DNA of 63,785 nucleotides, the filler included, from Dicyema japonicum (Eukaryota; Animalia; Dicyemida), in assembly GCA_011109175.1 (NCBI GenBank). It is 10 parts of 10 records of this genome, joined end to end, with 100 filler letters (N's around TTAATTAATTAA, not from the genome) between each part and the next. Parts side by side here need not be neighbours in the genome. Positions count along the whole stretch, not along the records: positions 1 to 4,935 come from RDEW01000101.1; positions 5,036 to 16,641 come from RDEW01000119.1; 8 more parts are not named here. The stretch is one strand, 5' to 3'. A program made the translations under genes and the position numbers. The notes beneath the pieces were generated by a model. That model was not told the origin of the DNA. It worked only from the letters and a program-made list of their open reading frames with translations, and did no database searches. How positions within the stretch are numbered: the first letter of the stretch is position 1; every line of letters begins with the position of its first letter. Below, in pieces: positions 1-9,271 of the stretch.

Positions 1-292
1 GGAGCGTTCCGCTCAGATCAACCTTGCTCGTTTCCGCTCGGGCCATCACCGCTCACTAAACTTCTACGTTCACTCAATGAACGACGTGATCTCCCCTTGA
101 TGCAACCTCTCCTGTGCCGACGATCACTCAACCTATCACCTTTTCCGCTGTCGTTCCGGTCTTCTCCCTATCCGCAAAAAACTTATTGTTCACTCCCCTG
201 AGGTCCTTTGGGAGCAACCCGCGAAGGCGCGGTTATTTCTGCTAGCTGCTGGTCTCATACCCTGATGTGAGACCGGGGTTATGCAACAACAA
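1..292 (+). mobile_element. 3' end of Jockey/I-like non-LTR retrotransposon with (CAA)n tail
   Basis: Encodes RFRSGHHRSL...CNL..DHST.HLFRC zinc-knuckle region and ends gggttatgcaacaacaa; nearly identical to 30075-30340. Confidence 0.8.
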
Positions 293-597
293 TTACTAAC
301 GTAGTTATATAATGCTCAATATTTGACAATGATGTTCGTAGATCACCTCTATTGACAACATCAAGTCTATTCCTCGTTTTTGTAAGTGGTACTACTTTGC
401 TGAAGCCACATTCAATTAAATAGGTTGATGAAAAAGGAATACAAAAAATTGACCTCTCTAAACTTGCAAATCCTCGTCCTTAAGAATATTTTGTATTTTC
501 GATAAATTTGGAAATTGTGCTTGTCACGTTTAATATTAATACAATAAAGTTTAAGTTTTGCTTGAAATGACAAAATAGCCTCCCTACTATTATTATA

Positions 598-747
598 GCC
601 TTTCCCGCAGAGCCATAGTATTCTATAACTCCGCACAGGCAGGACACACACTTTATTTTAAGTGAAGAAGTTAATTTTTTTAATTAATCGTAGGTAGGCC
701 CAATTGAAGGTAGGGAACGGTGTAGGGAGGGCCAAAGATCTTCACTT
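598..747 (-). repeat. Dispersed structured repeat (second copy 33079-33204)
   Basis: Sequence similarity between the two copies; minus-strand hairpin gcggagttatag/ctatggctctgc. Confidence 0.65.
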
Positions 748-758
748 TTTTTTAGCGC

Positions 759-911
759 CGGAGTGGCACAGTGGTTAGGCTTGGACCATAATGACTTAGG
801 TCGCAAGTTCGAGTCTGCCCCTGTTCATCCGGTCGAAGGTTCCACGCATCTACGATGCTAAAAAGTTTGACGAGTGACGCAGTCATCAGTGAATACTCAC
901 TGCAGAACCGG
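759..911 (+). mobile_element. tRNA-derived SINE (head plus structured core)
   Basis: A-box TGGCACAGTGG and B-box GTTCGAGTC, followed by core ggttccacgcatctacgatgc...ttgacgagtgacgcagtca. Related copies at 31626, 33248(-), 46023 and 48260. Confidence 0.75.
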
Positions 912-1599
912 TTTCTACGAAAATTCTTCTAATTTCGCTGTCAATTGGTGATTTTAAGGACCTCATCATCGAGGATATAATATTTTAGATTTTTGGTCGC
1001 CCCAATATGGGGTTGCATCGTAAATCGGCTTTTGCACTATTAAGTTTTTTTAGTGCAACCATTGTCGTCCATAAACAAAACTATTTAATCTCTAAGAGAA
1101 ACAAAACGATTTAGACAATTTCCCGTTGAAAGCCATCTACAGCTGTGTGTAGAACTAATGTTGTAAAATCTTCATCATTTTCTTCACTCAATAATCGAAA
1201 AAAGGCGATCCTGAAGTGAATGAGATTTTATATAATTGACAAAATAAATGACGACGGAAGAGAAATAGAATGAAGACCTCTCAAATTTTTGTCAATCAAA
1301 TGTTGCCAGTGAATTGTGAAAATAGATAGTACGCGAGATTTTAAATATGCCAAACATCCTCTGTATTCGGCAACCATAGAAGCAGCGCACATGCAATTAT
1401 GTTTGCAAAAAGAATGTTATTCTGACAAAAATGTGCTTCAATTTCATTATACAGTCCGGCACCAGAAAATATTAAATATTAAATGATATATAATTTTAAA
1501 TCCAAACGTTTAATCATTATCCTTAGTGTGTCGAAATATGCTTCTTTTTTATTATTGAATCAAACCGTTGAAAACTAAAAAGAGAAAAGTTTAATTTAG

Positions 1600-2110
1600 A
1601 TTAGTCGCCGAGTGGATTGACAGGCAATTTCCACGCAATATCGCTCGCGATATCCGTTGGAAAAGCTAGCCAGTTGCAGGACTGTCGTGACTCTTCCTCA
1701 AGATGATTAAACCAATTTCTGAGAGGAGACTCATTGCTTTTTGGCCAATTATCCACTGGTTTTGGAAGCCAGGAGGACGAAGGGACAAGTGTCGACCAAG
1801 AAAGAACAATTTGCGATTTTCTTAGTTTCAGCAAGAGCGGAGGCAGATCCAGGGCGAGAAGCAGAGTCTATGAGCGATGATGAGGAAAACGAGTCGAGAC
1901 AGATTACGTCCCGTACGGGGGCAAGTCCCATCTTGAACGGGAATAATGCAGCGTTTTCCGTCCCCGAGAATCCAGCGGCGTTAAAAGCGCGCTTTACAAC
2001 ATCATTTAGTGAAGCGTGCCGGGGAATCCTGCCGGCACTGAGGCAACAAGAAAGGGGGTGTAATCCCCTCTTGTCGATGAGTTGGCCACGGACTGATTCG
2101 TTGTTTATGC
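1600..2110 (-). mobile_element. CRE-clade non-LTR retrotransposon 3' fragment (RLE domain), degenerate
   Basis: Minus frames read PLSC..SAGRIPRHASLNDVVKRAF, ..DVICLDSF and LFQRISRAILRGN, typical of the CRE restriction-like endonuclease C-terminus. Confidence 0.7.
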
Positions 2111-2281
2111 TTTCAGGATATCGAAAGTGATCTTAAAGAATATCTTTTAAAATTAAATCTTTGTCAGGCTGTAATGCTGGTTTCAAAATGTTGGAATGAA
2201 GTAACAGAAATTTCAATCACAGATTGTTGGAAACAAATTGAAAAAAATCGTGATGTCTTAATTATTGACGATCGCATAACT

Positions 2282-2350
2282 CAGTGGTTCTCAACGGTGG
2301 GCGATTTGCCCCCTAGGGGGCGATTTTTTTTTGGTAGGGGGGCGATGGTT
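2282..2350 (+). mobile_element. hAT (Charlie/Buster-type) terminal fragment
   Basis: Begins cagtggttctcaac, followed by ggggcgat subterminal motifs. Confidence 0.55.
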
Positions 2351-2759
2351 GATTGCTAATATTTGAAAAATTAAAATCTTATGTTAGAAGTCGATAATCT
2401 TTGAAAAAATAAAGATATATTTTGGCATATTTTATCTATTAAATAAAAATACTTGATTAACCTCGACTCGATTATTTGATAAAATGTTAATTATTGCAGC
2501 AGCCGGATAGAATGGAGACTCGAATTTATCCAGCCGCAACGAAGGTTCGTTCCATAATTTTTTTTAACTCGAACCTATCTATAATTTTTTATCCATACTT
2601 TATCTCCGACACCAAATTCGTATTTACTATTGTGGACATTCATTTTCCTATACATTGCCTTATAGTAGGCTGAGTTTTCATCAATCGGATTTAAATCAAA
2701 TTTGATTTTTTTAGATTTGGACAATATTATTATTAAAAACCAAGATCACCGTCCAAAAC

Positions 2760-4935
2760 CTAGAACTAATTAATCAGGTGACCCCGGCTTCTCTGAGGAG
2801 GGTCCTCATCTTTGCCCGGTGCTGCTCCCTAGTCCGACACAATTTCTATGATGGCGCGGTGGTGGAGTTTTAGGGCCTGTGGGCCCGTTGTTCCTTCTCA
2901 AGATTTCTTTAAATGAGGCGATGGATGTTCATATCGGTCCTGTAGTGCTTTCCGAAATCTTTCTTGAGTTTTTTCGATTTTTTCACGGTTCGTTTCACTG
3001 ACAAACCCTCCCACGCCCCACAAGCATAACTAATGGAGGGATTCGAGGTATTGCCGGTAGATTGATTGGCGTGCGGGGAAGCTGATCCATTGTTGTATTT
3101 TCGGAGGAACACTTTTAAGATTTCAGTTTCTTCGTGCAGCTAGTTGTAACATTTTCAACTTGTTGGGAGAAACACATATGACTATCGTAAGTCACGCCGA
3201 GGATTTTCTGGATTTTTTAAAGGGATTTCCATGTTGTTTAGATATAAGTTCACCACTATTTTCCCAAGTTCCTTGCTGAAGTCAGAAGCGTAGTGACTGA
3301 TTTTTCAGGACTCGTTGATAGTCGATTTATCGAAAGCCAACTTTCGAGATTGTGGAGGTAGTTCTGCAGTTTTGAACTTCCCGTGTTAACCTCACGGCTC
3401 CGAGTAGCAATCACAATATCGTCAGCGTATGATAGTACGATTGAGTCTTTGTCGTTTGGCAGCGGGAGGTCCGATAAGAATAGGTTAAAAAGAGCTGGCG
3501 AGAGGGGTGAGCCTTGAGGGACTCCGTTTGGAAAATATCTTGACATCGATCTTGTATTGTTTTGTTGGATCCTGCCTCTTCGGCCGCTGAGGAAGTTAGC
3601 TAGCCACTTTTTCAGCTTTGGGTGAATTTCACTAAGGTATATTTTCCTGGTCAGTATTTTCCTGGGAACGGAGTCAAAAGCCTTATGGATATCCACTGAG
3701 CACATAACCGTTTTTTGGTTATACGGTTTGGCAGATAGTCCACCTGAGATGAAGTTCGTTAAAGTGACAAGGTGCGAAGTGGTTGATTTGCCACATTTAA
3801 ATCCATGTTGAAAATCCAAATCCGGGAGATATTGTTTGATGTGGTTGAGTATAAGTTTTTCCAGAACTTTGGATAGGACACAGAGGAGAGATATTGGCCT
3901 GTAGGACGCCGGATTGTCTTTTGGTCTCCCTGGTTTTAGAATAGGACGAATGTGTGCCATTTTCCACAATGTTGGTATTGAGTTGTTGTTTATAGAGAAG
4001 TTGTAAATTTGACAGAGAGCTGATAATGCCACCTGACCTAGGTTTTTCACCAGAATAGTTGGAATTCCGTCAGGACCACAAGAGCCAGTGTTTCTCAAAT
4101 TTCTGATAGTCTGAGACACCTCCTCATGGGTGAGGATTATCATGTCCCGACATCTTTCAACGACTTCAAGCATGGTCCATCATATTTCCTGTGCGGGATG
4201 TTGCTGATCCCAGCGTAGAACTTTATCAATTTGTTGGTGAAGGGAGCCGCATTATCCTCACCCGATTTAAATCTCTCCGGGTTTGCGAATCTTCTTAAGG
4301 ATGCCCATACTTTTGTTAGAGGGACCTCCGCATTTAGTCCCCTGGCGAACTTTTCAGCCCTCCCGTACCGTTTGTCCTTTGCAGGCTGTACTATGTCTTT
4401 ATTCAGTAGTCTGATCCGATGCCGGTTGTCCCTTGTAAGATGTAAGCGACCTTTCAGTGAGTTCCGTTCCTCGATTAGGGGTAGAATCCTCGAAGGAAAT
4501 TTTCTTACTGGTTTTGGATAAATTTTCCTCATTCTTAAGAATGATTTTCGTCCATTCAAGATTGTTTGGTTGAAATGCTTGAGGGCGTTGTCGACCGAGT
4601 CGAAACCGTGTACATCAAAGTTAATCAGTGCTTTTGTCAATGTAGTGGGCAAAATTGATCCAATCTGCGTGCTTGTAGTCGTATTTCAGGTTGGGGAACC
4701 CCTTTCTGAGGGGCGATTTGGCTTGGACTTTTATAATTAACAGATTGTGATCGCTCCGTAGATCGTAGGTAACGCCCCATTTGACCAGAGGTGCGAGGTT
4801 GGAAAGAACAAAGGTCAGATCGGGGGAGGTAGGCTTGTCCTTGGTATTGTATGGAGTCCTTGTGTGCAGTGAGGGATCGTTCATGATTACAAGGTTGTCC
4901 AGTAGCTCGAGAATAGACTTACCACGGGAGTCAGC
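2760..4935 (-). mobile_element. Jockey/I-like LINE ORF2 (APE end plus RT), frameshifted
   Basis: SPDLTF/SDHN endonuclease motifs; RT motifs YRPISLL, KAFDSV, GVPQGSPLSP and YADD in ORF 3256-4173. Confidence 0.9.
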
Positions 4936-5035
4936 NNNNNNNNNNNNNNNNNNNNNNNNNNNNNNNNNNNNNNNNNNNNTTAATTAATTAANNNNNNNNN
5001 NNNNNNNNNNNNNNNNNNNNNNNNNNNNNNNNNNN
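4936..5035. other. Artificial scaffold linker N-TTAATTAATTAA-N (also near 16642, 21292, 23695, 34025, 35860, 47023, 53974 and 56589)
   Basis: The same six-frame-stop 12-mer flanked by N runs recurs nine times. Confidence 0.95.
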
Positions 5036-5212
5036 ACAACCAAGGGATTCTCTACCACCCTAATGATTCTTCCTTATTTTATTAATAAAGTTTTTTACAT
5101 CAAAAAAAAATTCAGTCCGATAAAAATGAATTACTTTAAAATATATCTAATTTAACTATTTGTATAATTGATAATTATTTTAAATAAATTTTATATTCGA
5201 GTTATTTTTCTT

Positions 5213-5517
5213 ATGGTACCAATTTAATTACCTATCTAATCTTTATAGGGGGACGAAGAACCACAAGTAAAATTATATTGAATTAAGCATCGTTAGGACC
5301 CTTTTCAAATGCTTAGAGAAAAGTACAGAGAATCCTCCCAGTGCCTTGGCTTTCGAACAGAACTAGAAAACTGCAACAACTGTGTCTATTCAAAAGTAAA
5401 CACATCTGAGACCTGTCAACAGGAAACAAACGATTTTAGGGCTTGTGTGGATCGTCTGGTATATTAATTAATATACTCTCAAAGGCCTCTAAAGAAGTCT
5501 TTAGTTATTTAAAATGA
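5213..5517 (+). CDS. UQCRH: Cytochrome b-c1 complex subunit 6 (hinge protein), 4 exons
   Basis: Removing three GT-AG mini-introns gives MGDEEPQDPFQMLREKYRESSQCLGFRTELENCNNCVYSKVNTSETCQQETNDFRACVDRLASKEVFSYLK, which matches the hinge-protein pattern DP...RE...C..E..DF....D....K.F..LK. Confidence 0.85.
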
Positions 5518-5519
5518 TN

Positions 5520-5768
5520 AAAATTATATTGAATTAAGCATCGTTAGGACCCTTTTCAAATGCTTAAAGAAAAGTACAGAGAATCTTCCCAGTGCCTTGG
5601 CTTTCGAACAGAACTAGAAAACTGCAACAACTGTGTTTCTTCAAAAGTAAACACATATGAGACCTGTCAACTAGAAACAAACGATTTTAGGGCCTGTGTG
5701 GATCGTCTGGTATATTAATTAATATACTCTCAAAGGCCTCTAAAGAAGTCTTTAGTTATTTAAAATAA
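5520..5768 (+). other. UQCRH: Second (allelic or duplicated) partial UQCRH copy after a single-n join
   Basis: Near-identical repeat of 5269-5517 with several substitutions. Confidence 0.6.
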
Positions 5769-5877
5769 TTTATCCTGTTGTTTTTCCAATTAATATCACT
5801 CATTATCTCTAACTATAGCTATCCGTACTCTTCGGTCTATTTTATTACATTTTGTCTGGAGGTCCTTTCATATAGAC

Positions 5878-6008
5878 ACGGATTTCACCGTGGCTATGGT
5901 AAAAACGCGGAGATTGGAAGTCACGGATGTGGAATGTCACGTGACGTACACGTTTTTTTCGGCACTTATTTTGACTACTGGGCTTTGAGTATTCAAGACT
6001 GAGGACCT
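5878..6008. repeat. Dispersed ~130-bp repeat (second copy 8842-8973)
   Basis: Shared cgga.ttcaccg...gaagtcacggatgtggaatgtcacgtgacgtacacg...acttattttgactactgggc...ctgaggacc. Confidence 0.7.
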
Positions 6009-6712
6009 TTAGTATATTCGGTAAACATCATCGTATCCTCCCGCGCTTTTTGTCTCAGTGAGACAACCAACATCGACTCCATAAAAATCCTCGCACAGGG
6101 AGTTTCGTTTCACACTCACTTATGAACCTGATAGTAAAAACCAGAAATTATAAAAAGAATATCAATTCTAAGGTTGGTGGAGTCCTGGCTTATGGGGAAC
6201 TTTTTTGGGACGACGGTATATCACAAGGTCAGGAAATGTTTATAAATTTACTTAAAAATACATATAAATCTGGAATGTACAATTTATTTGAATTTACTTT
6301 ACGCTGTTCTAATCGAAATGTATGATTATATAAGTTTATGTTAAAGTACGAATTAGTTTCTGACCTACTGGCTTATTTTATGGGACACAAATGCTCCTGA
6401 GCCACGTAGAGATTAACGGCGTTGATATTACTAGCGGAAATGTTAGATTAAATGGAAAAAATACGATATTTTATTATAACGAATTACTTAAAGATTTTTT
6501 ATTTTTGTTGGATTTTAGATGATGGTTATCGACACGTTTAATTCTTCTCTTATTGGAAAAATATTATTTCGTGGAATTAATTAAATTCATTTCGTTAATT
6601 AATCTTACTAATCATGATTATGAAATCTAAATCGTAAGCAGGTGTTTGCCTGTAACAGAAAAATTTAATTAGTTGCAATATAAATGTACAACTAGTATGT
6701 ATATTTGATCTA

Positions 6713-8400
6713 ATGTTCGCACTAGTATTGTCTTATACAAATAATGTCTAAATTAGATTTTTTTGATGCAGCAATTTATAGTTAAAAATACACAAGACGG
6801 TTAAAATGATATTTTATGCTAGATAAAATTTTGGCTTGTTACTATACAAATTGGGCAGTTTACCGAAATGGGCAAGCTTCTTATAAAGCTGAAGATATGT
6901 ATCCATATCTTTGCACACATATATTATATGCATTCAGTGATATTGATATCGTTAATTTTAAACCTAAATCAAAGGACGAATATTCGGATTTAAAAAAAAA
7001 TTGTTTTTAATGAATTTAATAATTTTTAGATGGAATTGGGAATTTCGAAAAAGTTACGTCGTTAAAAAAAGTAAATCCTGATCTGAAAATATTACTTTCT
7101 GTGGGAGGATGGGCAAGGCAACTTTCAGAATTTGCAACAATATCTAAAAGTGTCCGAAATGCATATATTTTTGCAAAAAACACTATGAAATATTTGTCTC
7201 AATATAATTTTGATGGTTTTGATATTGATTGGGAATATCCAAGCAATCAAAAGCAATCTTTCTCTCGACTAATAAAAGTTTTCCAATCAATTTTTTGTTT
7301 TTTACAAATAGGTAATGAATAATGTATTTAAAAAGAATAAATCTAAAAAATACATGTTGACTGCGGCAGTTTCTGCTAGTAGATCAACGATTCAAAACTC
7401 ATTTAACATTCCAGATTTATCGAAGTATGTTTTTCTTCTTATTTAGGTATCTTGATTTAATTTTCTTAATGACGTATGATTTTTATGGACCATTTTCCAA
7501 CTCTGTTGGACATCATAGTGGACTTTACGGGACAAATAATAATGACGAGTTTAATACTGTATCGAACCATGATTTATCACAATTTAGGATTTTGCAGTTA
7601 ATTATTTCATCAAAAATGGAGCAAGTAGGTCTAAGTTAGTAATCGGATTGGGGACATATGGACGGGGGTTTAAAATTGCTAACAAAAACGGAAAGATCGG
7701 TGATAAACAAATTGGAGGGACTCCTCCTGGAAGCGTATTAAATACTGCAGAAATGTTGAGCTTTACCGAAGTTTTATTTATTTTTATAGCATAGTATTGC
7801 AATGAAAATTATCAAGAAGTTTGGGACGTTAAGCAAAAGGTGTCACATGGAGTTAAAGATCACTATTGGATTGGAATCGAGACAAAAAGAAGTATTCGAG
7901 AGAAGGTAGAATATTTTGAAATAGTTAAATGGCAAAATATGTGAAAGAAAATTCTTTGCGAGGAATGATGGTTTGGACACTGGATCATGACGACTTTTCG
8001 GGAAAAATATGTAATCAAGGGAAAAGTCCACTGATTGGTCAAATGCACGAATCATTGGGAATTTATCCTGGAATTGTAATTATTGTAGAAACTAAATACT
8101 ATAGGATTGGATAAATAGCAAAAAAATTCATAACAACCATGTTGATAAAAATGAAACTGCTATGCTTGTTATTTTTGTAATTTATTAAACTAGACAACGC
8201 TCTCAGTTGGAGAAACTGAATTTGATATAATTAAGTCTAGATCTTCAGAAAATACTACTCCACGACGTAAAACATCATCTGTTCATGTTTGTCCTTAACT
8301 AAACTCGAAGAATGATTCGATTAACACAAATAAAAACGGGATGAAAACGGACAATTTAGATGGATTCAAAATTATACTTGAAATTAAAAATGAAACTTGA
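6713..8400 (+). CDS. GH18 chitinase / chitinase-like protein, multi-exon (start approximate)
   Basis: CYYTNWAVYR, CTHILYAF, LSVGGW, catalytic FDGFDIDWEYP, LMTYDFYG and GMMVWTLDHDDF motifs joined by ~23-33 nt introns. Confidence 0.9.
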
Positions 8401-8489
8401 AATGCTAAATTTCATTAATTTTAATGTACTAACCAAAATCATAACTTAGATTTATTAATAAAAAAAACTAATTAACTAATTAATTTATT

Positions 8490-8820
8490 TCCTAACTAAT
8501 TTCCTCTCCTGAACATTTGGAACTGACTGAATTTTCTTCTGCCTTCGAAGTTTGGACTGCATCTGGTCTTGGCACCCCCGACCTGGATCATTTGCAGAGA
8601 AGCTGGGATTCCATTCGAAACTCTGAAATCGTGAAATGCCTGAAAGCGAGAGCCGATCAAATCGAACTCGCCTCGATGAATGCAGCCGCGCAACCACACT
8701 CGGGGGACTGGTTGAATGCCGTCCCACTATCCTCAGCCGGTTTACTCTTGGATGATGAGTCAGTTCGACTCGGTACCTGCCTACGACTCGGAATCCCTCT
8801 TTGCCACCCCCACCCGATGT
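8490..8820 (+). mobile_element. CRE-clade non-LTR fragment
   Basis: SGDWLNAVP..GLLLDDESVRL...LRLG.PLC.PH, the region preceding the CRE zinc finger and RLE. Confidence 0.7.
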
Positions 8821-9271
8821 TGAATTGAGAGTCAGATCGACCCGGACTTCACCGAAGCTATGGCGAAAACGCGGAGACTGGAAGTCACGGATGTGGAATG
8901 TCACGTGACGTACACGTTCTTTTTTCGGTACTTATTTTGACTACTGGGCTTCGAGTATCAAAAACTGAGGACCATTAGAATTGTGTTACAAACACATATT
9001 TTGCAAGACATAGTAAAGTCATGTGCATTCTGTTTTTTATTAAAGAAAAGCAGAAAATCGTTAAGACTGATCGCTCGTGATTGATGGACAACCTTCTTAT
9101 TTTGCAAGATATGGAAGACAGTAATATAGTTTAAAAAACTATTTGTTTGAGTTGGTCGTAAAAAAGATAATTTCAAGTCAGAGAAAATGGCTATCGACAT
9201 TTTACAATTTTTTTGAAAATAAAGAACAGATGAAAATTAGACGAGATCAGTACACACAAGAACAATATCTN

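Noticed and set aside
759-828. Functional tRNA gene
   Set aside because: The acceptor and anticodon arms are imperfect and it is followed by a shared SINE core.
4936-5035. Recurrent TTAATTAATTAA palindrome between N runs
   Set aside because: Artificial six-frame-stop linker; adjacency across these linkers is not biological.
6065-6125. Minus-strand hammerhead-like half (gag-stem-cGAAActcc...ggagTC)
   Set aside because: The core reads taagtgag instead of ctgatgag and stem I is absent; at most a truncated relic.
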